The notes beneath the pieces are model-generated. The model was given only the letters and a program-made list of their open reading frames with translations. It made no database searches and was not told the DNA's origin. A stretch of 63,822 nt of DNA, the filler included, from an uncultured Methanosarcinales archaeon (GTDB taxonomy: Archaea > Nanobdellota > Nanobdellia > Woesearchaeales > CAYSVS01), in assembly GCA_964434475.1 (NCBI GenBank). It is 10 parts of 10 records of this genome, joined end to end, with 100 filler letters (N's around TTAATTAATTAA, not from the genome) between each part and the next. Parts side by side here need not be neighbours in the genome. Positions count along the whole stretch, not along the records: positions 15,173 to 22,194 come from CAYSVS010000062.1; positions 22,295 to 29,189 come from CAYSVS010000063.1; positions 29,290 to 36,100 come from CAYSVS010000064.1; 7 more parts are not named here. The stretch is one strand, 5' to 3'. Both the position numbers and the translations under genes were made by a program. Below, piece after piece: positions 21,627-30,918 of the stretch. Position 1 is the first letter of the stretch. Each line of letters opens with the position of its first letter.

Positions 21627-22052
21627 ATGGATATAAAAAAAGCTTCTGCAAAAGATTTTGACAAGATATTAGAGATATGGAACTCAAACGAAGAAATTGT
21701 TGATTTCAGCAAAGATAAGTATGATAAGAAATATCTTAATGATATTGGAAAATCAAAAAAAGACACCATATATGTAGGAAAGCTTAACAAACAAGTAATA
21801 TCAACATTACATATAAAATTAGAGCCTAAAAGAGGATATTGCTTTGTTGATAAAATAGTAGTAGACACATTGTTCAAAAATAAAGGCGTAGGAACAAAGA
21901 TGCTTAAGGAAGCTGAGAAAATCGCTAGAAAAAAGAAATGTAAAAAATCAGTAGTACTTTCTTATGAAGATAATGAACCTATGATAAACTTTATGGAAAA
22001 AAACAAGTATACAGAAAAAGCAAAAATCATTATGTTTGAAAGAAAACTATAA
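21627..22052 (+). CDS. GNAT acetyltransferase
   Basis: V.....KNKGVGTKM motif A, N..MINFMEKNKY. Confidence 0.85.
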   Translation: MDIKKASAKDFDKILEIWNSNEEIVDFSKDKYDKKYLNDIGKSKKDTIYVGKLNKQVISTLHIKLEPKRGYCFVDKIVVDTLFKNKGVGTKMLKEAEKIARKKKCKKSVVLSYEDNEPMINFMEKNKYTEKAKIIMFERKL

Positions 22053-22294
22053 CTAATTTAATATTAAATAGAATAATATGAGACCCTCGTAATTCTAATC
22101 CATATCAGAATTACATCCTTTACTGTCCATATTAGCCTATTCAATTGTGAAATTCGATAATTCTGCAAAATTTATTTGATCAAGTTGGTTTATANNNNNN
22201 NNNNNNNNNNNNNNNNNNNNNNNNNNNNNNNNNNNNNNTTAATTAATTAANNNNNNNNNNNNNNNNNNNNNNNNNNNNNNNNNNNNNNNNNNNN

Positions 22295-22620
22295 CACAAT
22301 AATTGATCCTTGTATTTAATCGCAAGCGATTTATTATTTAAAGGCAAATTTCTTTTATATTTCATTGCCTCTTTCTCATATCTTTTATAGTCTTTTGCAG
22401 AAATAAATTCATTTATCTTTGAAAATTTAATTTCCTTCTTTTCTAATATTTTTTCACTTTGAGAATCAACAGCTATCACAAGATCTACATCATTTAATTT
22501 TTTCTTTAGATTTAATCTACTGAAATAATAGTATAAATCTTCTATGTTATCATACAACTTAGCAAATATACCAGTAATAGGTACATTCAATTTTGGTGAA
22601 TCAATAAAAGCAATCCTCAT
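22295..22620 (-). CDS. Hypothetical protein, partial (truncated by contig edge), downstream of glycan cluster
   Basis: ORF open up to the linker. Confidence 0.5.
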
Positions 22621-22700
22621 AATAAATATTTATCCCTAATGCTTTAAATATTTATCGTAATAACAAAATAGAATATACAAATAATTGTATTAAGCAATAA

Positions 22701-23468
22701 CTAAGAAACTACTGTTTTCTGAACTACATTTTCATTGATTTTCTTTATTTCAGGATTTTTAGCCAAAAAATCAATAATATCTTCAGATAAGAAGACTTTT
22801 GAATCATCATATAATGCTTCAAATACCGCCTTTAGGAATATAAAATCTTCTTCTTCATCTAATGTCCATCGATTGTTGGACCAATCTTGTTCATTATCTA
22901 ATTTCCCAACATTATATTTTAATCTATTTTCATCCTTATAGCAAAAAGGGGTAACATGCTCTCTATCATAATTATCTTTCGCATTGTTATACATATCTTC
23001 CAAAACTGAAAAACTAAATACTTCTGTATCAAGACCTACTGGAAATGTTCTCTTCCCAAACCTATTAGAAACATAATCATAATTCCCTTTAAAATACATA
23101 GCTATTACTTTATCAACAATAACAGGATCAATTAAAGGACAATCTGATGTAATTCTAACAATAACATCAGATAAAGCGTATTTAGCAGCATGATAATATC
23201 TTGATAAGACATCATCTTCTGAACCTCTAAATACCGACACCCTATTATCTGGATAATTTTCAATTAATTTCACAATAGGATCATCCTTATCTTTTATTGT
23301 GGTTGCAATTATAACACTATCAACATTTTTCGCATAAAGAACTCTTTCTATTACGTGTTCTAGTACAGTCTTCCCACATATCTTCATCATCACTTTTCCC
23401 GGTAACCTAGTAGAACCCATTCTTGCTTGAATTATCACATCAACTTTCTTATTTTTCATCATCTTCAC
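22701..23468 (-). CDS. SpsF/PseF-like nonulosonate cytidylyltransferase
   Basis: IIQARMGSTRLPGKV, RGSEDDVLSRY, RITSDCP, REHVT, RWTLD. Confidence 0.88.
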   Translation of the reverse strand: MKMMKNKKVDVIIQARMGSTRLPGKVMMKICGKTVLEHVIERVLYAKNVDSVIIATTIKDKDDPIVKLIENYPDNRVSVFRGSEDDVLSRYYHAAKYALSDVIVRITSDCPLIDPVIVDKVIAMYFKGNYDYVSNRFGKRTFPVGLDTEVFSFSVLEDMYNNAKDNYDREHVTPFCYKDENRLKYNVGKLDNEQDWSNNRWTLDEEEDFIFLKAVFEALYDDSKVFLSEDIIDFLAKNPEIKKINENVVQKTVVS

Positions 23469-24144
23469 TTCCTACTTTCCTTATTAATTTGAATCCTTCA
23501 GCATATTTTATACCTGATTGCACGCCTCTAAAAATTGCCAAAGCCTTAATAGCCTCAGAGCTTCTGGGATTAGGTATAGTGCTTATTTCAGACCCATAAC
23601 ATTTAACTGCAGAAATCTTATTTTCTATATATTCACTAATATCTACAAAAGTATTTGGAACAAAAGGACTCTCAGTATTCTGTTCTGTGCTTGACAAAAC
23701 CTCATAAGAATATATTTCTTTTACACTTTTACACCTAAAAGGTCTTGTAGCTATTAATGTTGCATGATGTATTTTTCTATGATCTATATTTAAATCAGAA
23801 TCATTATGAGTATAAATTATATTAGGCTTTATTTTTGTTATATGCTTCTCTATAACCTTAACTATATCCAAAAGTTCTAATGAATCAAACCTACAGTTAC
23901 TACCGAGATAATCATAATAGATTTCATTCAAGCCCAATATATTCTTCAGTTTATCAACATCTCCTTTTCTTTTTTTAATGATATCCTGGGTTAAAAATTG
24001 TTTATTTTTATATCTTGCACCAATTCCATCGTTCAAAATAAGGCAATAAACATCATTGCGTTTACTTAATTTTATAATAGTACCACCTACACCCAAAGAT
24101 TCATCATCAGGATGGGCTGCAATAACCAATATTTTATTTTTCAT
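23449..24144 (-). CDS. PIG-L (LmbE-like) N-deacetylase
   Basis: AAHPDDE, YTH..DLNIDH, YAEGF. Confidence 0.9.
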   Translation of the reverse strand: MKNKILVIAAHPDDESLGVGGTIIKLSKRNDVYCLILNDGIGARYKNKQFLTQDIIKKRKGDVDKLKNILGLNEIYYDYLGSNCRFDSLELLDIVKVIEKHITKIKPNIIYTHNDSDLNIDHRKIHHATLIATRPFRCKSVKEIYSYEVLSSTEQNTESPFVPNTFVDISEYIENKISAVKCYGSEISTIPNPRSSEAIKALAIFRGVQSGIKYAEGFKLIRKVGSEDDEK

Positions 24145-24848
24145 TTCAACTCATTTCCTCCCATAATTATATTTTTTGAATCAGGACCATGGTTAAATAA
24201 TAAATCTATAAAAGATAAGCAAGGGATAAATTCACCATAAAGCTGATCATATACGGGATGTTTATAATTCTGAAATATGACTGTAATATCTTCCTTACTA
24301 AAATCTTGAATATTGATATAATTTTTACCATTCTTACCAGAAATATATTTATCTGCATTTAATTTTTTACATATATCCAATATAAGGTCTGATTTCACGC
24401 TATTACCCAAATCAATATCAGAAGCATATAATATATGAGTTTTACAATTTAAAACCTCTAAAAAATAATCCAACATATCTTTACACAAGTCATTAAGATT
24501 TTTATACTTCTTAGTTAACAATCTTTCAATTTCAGGAAAGTACTTATTAAAAAATTTAGCTTTTGAATAGTTATTCTTTATGCTTTTAATTATCTTTATA
24601 TTCCATCTTTGGTTATTGTCTATCTCTGCATCCTTGATAAGGATATCAGATTTATTTTTAGTGATTATAGGAACAGTAAGCCAAATAATACCATTGGCAC
24701 TTTTTATTCTATTTCTATTTTGAAAACAATTTTTACCTTTAGCCGAATATTTCACAGTATCCAATATTACAAAAACTTCTGAACTAATAATCTTATGAAA
24801 ATACCCTAACCAAGGTAAAAAGGCTGGCTGATGTATACTTAAAATCAT
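24141..24848 (-). CDS. WbqC-like protein
   Basis: IHQPAFLPWLGYFHKI, QNRNRI, WLTVP, YISG..GKNY, LSFIDLLFNHG. Confidence 0.92.
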   Translation of the reverse strand: MILSIHQPAFLPWLGYFHKIISSEVFVILDTVKYSAKGKNCFQNRNRIKSANGIIWLTVPIITKNKSDILIKDAEIDNNQRWNIKIIKSIKNNYSKAKFFNKYFPEIERLLTKKYKNLNDLCKDMLDYFLEVLNCKTHILYASDIDLGNSVKSDLILDICKKLNADKYISGKNGKNYINIQDFSKEDITVIFQNYKHPVYDQLYGEFIPCLSFIDLLFNHGPDSKNIIMGGNELK

Positions 24849-25939
24849 AGATCCACCTCATCTTGATTAATATTTATATCTTCCCATTTTAAAGGTTCAT
24901 CCTTAGATTTATCGTTTAACAATCTTGCACCAATTATTTTTTTCAAATATTTAGGATGTATTCCTTTAAATGGTCTTTTTAAACAAATTGAATCTTCTTT
25001 TATAGTATCTCTCTTTCTTAAGTTAGTATTACAAGTAATACCTCTATGACAAGATACATATGACTCTTTTTCTTTATCTACTACATATTTATCATAACTA
25101 CCCATTGATTTTTCTATAGCCCTTATTCCTTTTACAAGATCCTTTAACTCTTCCGGATTTGCAGAAAACCAATGATCAGGCCCAGGAAGTTTTTTATCCA
25201 AAGTAATATGTTTTTCTATTACTTTTGCTCCTAAAGCAACAGCCGCAAAACACGCATAATTACCTATAGAATGGTCAGAAAATCCAATTACAGCATCAAA
25301 TTTATTTTGATATGTTTTGATTACATTTAAGTTTAGTTCTTCATAATCTGACGGATAAACACTTGTACATTGCAACATAGATATATTTTTTAGTTTAACA
25401 TTAATCAGCATATCATAAACATCCTCTACGTCTGACATATTAGCCATTCCTGTAGATATAACTAAAGGTTTACCTGTTTCAGAAATTGATCTTATCAACT
25501 CATGGTTAGTCATATCATCCGCCCCTATCTTGAAAAGTTCCACATTCATCTCCTTATCAAGATATTCAACAAACTCTTTACTACCAGGTGTTGAAAAAAT
25601 TACCAAACCTTTCTCTTTTGCATAATCAAATATTTCCTTATGCCATTCTTTTTTAAATTCTAAATTTTTAAATAATTCAAATTGAGATAGCTTAATATTA
25701 TCAGAACCGTTTTGTTTATACTCAAACTCTAAACCTTTTTCAACCACAAAATCTTCGGCTTTAAAACTTTGTATCTTTACAGCATCGGCACCATATTTTG
25801 CAGCATAATCAATCATCTTTTTTACCATACTTAAATCAGAATTGTGATTACTACCTATCTCAGCTATAATAAAAACAGAATTATTGCCCCCTATTTTCTT
25901 ACCTGAACTTAACTCTATTACCTTTTCTTTACTCATCAT
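24845..25939 (-). CDS. Nonulosonic acid synthase (NeuB/PseI family) with SAF domain
   Basis: FIIAEIGSNH, ADAVKIQ, STGM, GFSDHS, IEKHITLD, GPDH, KRP. Confidence 0.93.
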   Translation of the reverse strand: MMSKEKVIELSSGKKIGGNNSVFIIAEIGSNHNSDLSMVKKMIDYAAKYGADAVKIQSFKAEDFVVEKGLEFEYKQNGSDNIKLSQFELFKNLEFKKEWHKEIFDYAKEKGLVIFSTPGSKEFVEYLDKEMNVELFKIGADDMTNHELIRSISETGKPLVISTGMANMSDVEDVYDMLINVKLKNISMLQCTSVYPSDYEELNLNVIKTYQNKFDAVIGFSDHSIGNYACFAAVALGAKVIEKHITLDKKLPGPDHWFSANPEELKDLVKGIRAIEKSMGSYDKYVVDKEKESYVSCHRGITCNTNLRKRDTIKEDSICLKRPFKGIHPKYLKKIIGARLLNDKSKDEPLKWEDININQDEVDL

Positions 25940-26588
25940 AAAAACCTCCTATCAAAAATTTTATAAACTGACAGAAAATAATAACATTTCCTTTGATGAT
26001 TCCCCCAATTTTTGGCACATCATCCCTCGGGAACACTTTAATATATATTTGTTCTCGTTTAAATTTTTTTCTAAAACCCAAAATACCATAATAAGAACCC
26101 ATATACTTATTGCTTTGTTTATTCATATAAGGATACATTTTTTTACCATATACTTTAAAAGCACACAAAGGATCTTTAATTCCAAACATAAGTTTAGTAT
26201 AAAAAGAAAAAATGATCTCACTTATTCTTTTGTATTTGGAATCTTGAAAACCTATCAAAATATCCAATTTGTTTTTCACAAAGAGGTCTAAACCTTTCTT
26301 TACATCTTCAATATTAACTTCTCCATCTGCATCAGTTGTAAAAATAATATCAGCACCAGTTTCAATAGCCTTCCTTAATCCTAATGTAATAGAGTATTCA
26401 TATCCCCTATTCTTTGAATTTACATAAACATTAGCATACTTCTCTGCAATTTTTTTTGTTTTATCTGTAGAACCATCATCAACAACAATAATATAGTCTA
26501 CAAAACTAAGTTCTTTAAGTACTTTTCTTATTGTCTTCTCTTCATTGAATGCAGGTACTACTGCACAAATATTATTGTTTTTTAACAT
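25929..26588 (-). CDS. Glycosyltransferase family 2 (DPM1-like)
   Basis: VVPAFNEE, VVDDGSTD, DADG. Confidence 0.88.
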   Translation of the reverse strand: MLKNNNICAVVPAFNEEKTIRKVLKELSFVDYIIVVDDGSTDKTKKIAEKYANVYVNSKNRGYEYSITLGLRKAIETGADIIFTTDADGEVNIEDVKKGLDLFVKNKLDILIGFQDSKYKRISEIIFSFYTKLMFGIKDPLCAFKVYGKKMYPYMNKQSNKYMGSYYGILGFRKKFKREQIYIKVFPRDDVPKIGGIIKGNVIIFCQFIKFLIGGFYDE

Positions 26589-27519
26589 TTTTTTTCCTCA
26601 AAAGAAGATGCACTTCAGATGAAAGCTTATTTTTATCTATTTCTAACTGTAAGGAATCAATTAATTTATCCATCATTGAGTTATAGTGGTTCTTTAATTT
26701 ATCAATCATCTCTTCAATACCTAATAACTCCAATTTCAATAAATTTATTATCTTAGTACTATCCATAACAGTATCAAAAGGTCTTCTTGCTTCCATATTA
26801 ATATCGCCGATTTTTACAGGAGCAACTAAATTCTTATCAAAACCAAACTTATCAGATACCAATAAAATCAAATCCAACTTTGATAATTTCTCTAAGCCTC
26901 CCAGATTAAATTTTCCAAATACATTACCAACAATAATCTCTTTTAATGCTACAACTATATCACCTATAAAAATAGGAGAGAAAAACACATCATAAAAACC
27001 ATTGATATGTTTACCTTTTGATAAACTATTGTAAATCCACGCAAAAAGACCTTTATCTGACAAATAATTTAATCTAAGAATAGTATATTTGCTTATTTTT
27101 GATACTACTTTTTCTCCTTGAAGCTTAGTAAAAGCATAATGATTAACAGGATTTAAATCTGATTCCTCTGATGAAATCCCATTTTTTTCTGAATACACAG
27201 AATCTGTTGAAATATATATTAAATGAATACCATTAGATTCTGCAAATTCAGCTAACTTTCGAGTTGCATCAATATTTATCTTTGTTGCAACATCTTTATT
27301 TTTCTCACAAAAATCTACATCTGTAATCGCAGCACAATGTATTATAACATCAACTTTAGGAATCTTATCTATAAAATTATCATCAGAAAAATCCACCAAA
27401 ATCTTATTTGATGAACTTTTTCTTCTAGAGGTTCCAATAACATTAAAATCCTTAAGACTATCTAAGAAATATGAACCAAGTACTCCATCTGCACCCGTAA
27501 CCAATACTTTTAACTTCAT
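26572..27519 (-). CDS. RmlD-like NDP-4-keto-6-deoxysugar reductase (extended SDR)
   Basis: VTGADGVLG, HCAAITDVDFCE, YISTDSVY, YAFTK. Confidence 0.85.
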   Translation of the reverse strand: MKLKVLVTGADGVLGSYFLDSLKDFNVIGTSRRKSSSNKILVDFSDDNFIDKIPKVDVIIHCAAITDVDFCEKNKDVATKINIDATRKLAEFAESNGIHLIYISTDSVYSEKNGISSEESDLNPVNHYAFTKLQGEKVVSKISKYTILRLNYLSDKGLFAWIYNSLSKGKHINGFYDVFFSPIFIGDIVVALKEIIVGNVFGKFNLGGLEKLSKLDLILLVSDKFGFDKNLVAPVKIGDINMEARRPFDTVMDSTKIINLLKLELLGIEEMIDKLKNHYNSMMDKLIDSLQLEIDKNKLSSEVHLLLRKKNVKKQ

Positions 27520-28538
27520 AACAAACCATACTCCTTGAATATCTTTTTCAATTCGTTCTTACTTAAAACAGACCCTTCAGAACTATATTGAATCATATCA
27601 TCTTCAGTAAGCCTGTTATTTTCAACCATATATTCACCATTATATTTATCCGAATATTTTTCAATCTGAGAAGCTATTACATACATATCTTTAAAAGAAT
27701 AGCTTCTTGGAACTTCGGAATTATTTATCATCAACTCATGTATCTTTTCTCCAGGTCTAATTCCTATAATATCTATACCATTATCAGCTTTTAACTTATC
27801 CTTAAGTATATCAATAAGAGTTGTTACCTTAAAAGCAGGAAGTTTAGGTATAAAAATTTCACCGCCAACCCCATAATTTAATGCATTAAATATAAGTTGT
27901 ACTGCCTGTTTAGGATTGATAATAAATCTAGTCATTCTTTCATCTGTTAATGGAATTTTTTCACCGTTCTTTATTTTAGATTCAAAGAAAGGTATAACAG
28001 AACCCGTACTTTCAAGTACATTACCATATCTTACTGTAGTAAAAATAGTTTTCTTTGCTCCTTTACTGAAATTGCTCTCAGTAAATATTCTTTCGCTTAC
28101 AAACTTGCAAGCTCCATATGTGTTAACTGGAGAACAAGCCTTATCTGTTGACACAAACAAAACCTTAGAAACATTATTTTCAAGTGCAGCATTAACCACA
28201 TTTAAAGTTCCTAAAATATTTGTTTTTATTGATTCATCTACATTATATTCTAAAATATCCAATCTCTTTAATGCAGCCGCATGTATAACAATATCGACTC
28301 CCGCACATGCTTTTTTCAACCTTTCATAATCTCTAACATTACCAATCAAATTTCTAAGTTTTTCATCATAATTAAAAAACTCTTGTGCCTTATGATGCTT
28401 AACTTCATCCCTGCTAAACAACCTTATGCTTTGAGGATTATATTTAAGGATTTCTTTAGTTAATGCTCTTCCTAAAAAACCGGTTCCTCCAGTTATAAGT
28501 ACAACTTTATTTTCAAATATTTTTTTCATTATCATCAC
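27516..28538 (-). CDS. UDP-GlcNAc 4,6-dehydratase (PseB/FlaA1/CapD family)
   Basis: ITGGTGFLG, FSRDEVK, HAAALK, STDKA, YGACK, VRYGNV, MTRF, GIRPGEKIHE. Confidence 0.92.
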   Translation of the reverse strand: MMIMKKIFENKVVLITGGTGFLGRALTKEILKYNPQSIRLFSRDEVKHHKAQEFFNYDEKLRNLIGNVRDYERLKKACAGVDIVIHAAALKRLDILEYNVDESIKTNILGTLNVVNAALENNVSKVLFVSTDKACSPVNTYGACKFVSERIFTESNFSKGAKKTIFTTVRYGNVLESTGSVIPFFESKIKNGEKIPLTDERMTRFIINPKQAVQLIFNALNYGVGGEIFIPKLPAFKVTTLIDILKDKLKADNGIDIIGIRPGEKIHELMINNSEVPRSYSFKDMYVIASQIEKYSDKYNGEYMVENNRLTEDDMIQYSSEGSVLSKNELKKIFKEYGLL

Positions 28539-29004
28539 CCATCAATTGAACCAAATCGTATTTTTCAAATTTATAAGCATGTAAAGTTGATGATTCAGTC
28601 CAACTACTTATTAAATTGCCAAATTTATCTTTTATGTCTCTTGTTATTTTTTCTTGATCATCAAGACCTTTACAAATAATGACTGCTGATACATCCCATT
28701 GTCCACTTATTGAAAATAATTCAGCCACTCTATTGTGTTCTTTCATATAATTAATAAATTTATCGAATTCTTCTTTTGAATAATCTCTAAGTTTTATCTT
28801 AACATCAATTATATTATTAAAACCCAAGCTTCTGGGTCTTATCTGTATTTTTGAATAAAATATATCATTTTCCATCTTCATGATTCTTTTTCTAACAGAA
28901 TCTACAGAAAGCCCTACTTTTTTTGCAATATTGGTCAAAGACTCCCTACAATTTCCCTGAAGTTCATTCAAAATGATATAATCTTTTTCATCTAAGTCCA
29001 CCAT
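28513..29004 (-). CDS. Lrp/AsnC-family transcription regulator
   Basis: LDEKD..IL..LQ.N.R.S...IAKKVGLS..SVRKRI HTH, ISGQWD. Confidence 0.9.
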   Translation of the reverse strand: MVDLDEKDYIILNELQGNCRESLTNIAKKVGLSVDSVRKRIMKMENDIFYSKIQIRPRSLGFNNIIDVKIKLRDYSKEEFDKFINYMKEHNRVAELFSISGQWDVSAVIICKGLDDQEKITRDIKDKFGNLISSWTESSTLHAYKFEKYDLVQLMGDDNEKNI

Positions 29005-29137
29005 TTTAACTTAAAAAATAAACCAGATTTATAAATTTATCGTAAATTTTAAGGTAAAATGGCCAAAAAGCAACAATTTATCTACTAATCAACAAAAGGT
29101 TGCAATTTAAATAAAAAATCCCAACGGAGCAAGCTAC

Positions 29138-29189
29138 AGAGAACTTTGCATAATTGCTGTTTAGCTTAGCTTTTTAGATTAATTGCACA
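29138..29189. mobile_element. Multi-copy element end (AGAGAACTTTGCATAATTGCTG...), putative IS terminus; copies at 36050-36100 and 63769-63820
   Basis: Identical sequence of about 51 bp with unrelated left flanks, at two contig ends and at the window end. Confidence 0.7.
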
Positions 29190-29395
29190 NNNNNNNNNNN
29201 NNNNNNNNNNNNNNNNNNNNNNNNNNNNNNNNNTTAATTAATTAANNNNNNNNNNNNNNNNNNNNNNNNNNNNNNNNNNNNNNNNNNNNACACCTCGCAA
29301 TTTAGTATTCAGTATACATATTTATTCTTTTCCGGATGAACCCCTAAACTGCAAAGATTTTTAAATAAGCACCAAAATCATAGACTAAATAAAAG

Positions 29396-30826
29396 GTGAT
29401 ATTTATGGATAAGACTGAAAATTATTGTGTTAAAGATCTAAACTTAGCAGATTTTGGAAGAAAAGAGATAGAGATAGCTGAAAGAGAGATGCCTGGGTTG
29501 ATGGCTATAAGGAAAAAATATGGTCCTGGCAAACCATTGAAAGGTGCGAGAATTACAGGTTCATTGCATATGACAATACAAACAGCAGTGCTGATTGAAA
29601 CTCTTGTTGAATTAGGCGCAGATGTAAGATGGGCGTCTTGTAATATTTTTTCTACACAGGATCATGCTGCTGCAGCGATTGCAAAAGCAGGTGTGCCGGT
29701 GTTTGCATGGAAAGGTGAATCATTGGAAGAATACTGGTGGTGCACTATGAAAGCTTTGGATTTTGGTGATTGGAAAGGTCCTAACTTGATAGTTGATGAC
29801 GGTGGAGATGCAACACTGATGATAGTCAAAGGATTAGAATGCGAAAAAGATCCAAGTTTGCTTGAAAAGGATTATAGTGAAAATGGAGAGGATTTCAGAG
29901 AACTAATGAAAGCTTTGAAAAAACTTCATGAAAAAAAAAATGACGTATGGACAAATGTTTCAAAAGAAATGAAAGGCGTAAGTGAAGAAACAACTACCGG
30001 CGTACATAGGCTTTATCAGATGAAAGAAAAAGGAACTTTGCCGTTTCCAGCAATTAACGTAAATGACTCAGTTACAAAAAGCAAATTTGACAATGTATAC
30101 GGATGCAGACATAGTTTAGTTGATGGTATAAAAAGAGCGATGGATGTTCTCATATCAGGAAAGACCGCAATGATATGCGGATTCGGAGATGTTGGTAAAG
30201 GAAGTGCTGAATCATTAGCAAATGAGAAAGCTCAAATAATTATCAGTGAAGTTGATCCTATCTGCGCATTGCAGGCATGTATGACAGGATACAAAGTAAC
30301 AACTATCGAGGATGCATTACCTGTTGCAGATATTTTCGTTACAACTACAGGAAACAAAGCAGTCATTACAGCAGAGCATATGTCCAAAATGAAAGATCAG
30401 GCTATTGTCTGCAACATAGGACATTTTGATAATGAGATTGAAGTAGAGAAATTGGAAAAAATGCCAGGCATAAAAAAAGAAGAGATCAAAGGAAGCGAAT
30501 GTCCTGTACATAGATATACCTTCCAAGACGGACATAGCATATATCTTCTGGCTGAGGGAAGACTTATTAATTTAGGATGTGCTACAGGTCACCCAAGCTT
30601 TGTGATGTCAAGCAGTTTCTCTAACCAAGTGCTGGCACAAATGAGACTTTGGCAGCAAGAGCATAAGATAGGTGTCTATATCTTGTCAAAAGAGCTTGAT
30701 GAAGAAGTAGCTAGGCTGCATCTGCCTCATCTTGGCGCTAAATTAACAAAGATGACAGAAGAGCAGGCAGCATACATAGGCGTGAAGAAAGAAGGACCGT
30801 ATAAGCCAGAGCATTATAGGTATTAG
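29396..30826 (+). CDS. ahcY: S-adenosylhomocysteine hydrolase
   Basis: [66 protein letters not shown]. Confidence 0.98.
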   Translation: MIFMDKTENYCVKDLNLADFGRKEIEIAEREMPGLMAIRKKYGPGKPLKGARITGSLHMTIQTAVLIETLVELGADVRWASCNIFSTQDHAAAAIAKAGVPVFAWKGESLEEYWWCTMKALDFGDWKGPNLIVDDGGDATLMIVKGLECEKDPSLLEKDYSENGEDFRELMKALKKLHEKKNDVWTNVSKEMKGVSEETTTGVHRLYQMKEKGTLPFPAINVNDSVTKSKFDNVYGCRHSLVDGIKRAMDVLISGKTAMICGFGDVGKGSAESLANEKAQIIISEVDPICALQACMTGYKVTTIEDALPVADIFVTTTGNKAVITAEHMSKMKDQAIVCNIGHFDNEIEVEKLEKMPGIKKEEIKGSECPVHRYTFQDGHSIYLLAEGRLINLGCATGHPSFVMSSSFSNQVLAQMRLWQQEHKIGVYILSKELDEEVARLHLPHLGAKLTKMTEEQAAYIGVKKEGPYKPEHYRY

Positions 30827-30918
30827 AAAACATATTATATTTTTGGTATCTCTTTGAGATACTAACTTTATCTTATTTTTTCAAAAACTATATAAACCAG
30901 CATTCTTAAGATCTGCAT

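Noticed and set aside
22080..22194. GAGACCCTCGTAATT... near a contig end as another IS terminus
   Set aside because: Single copy in the window, so it cannot be confirmed.
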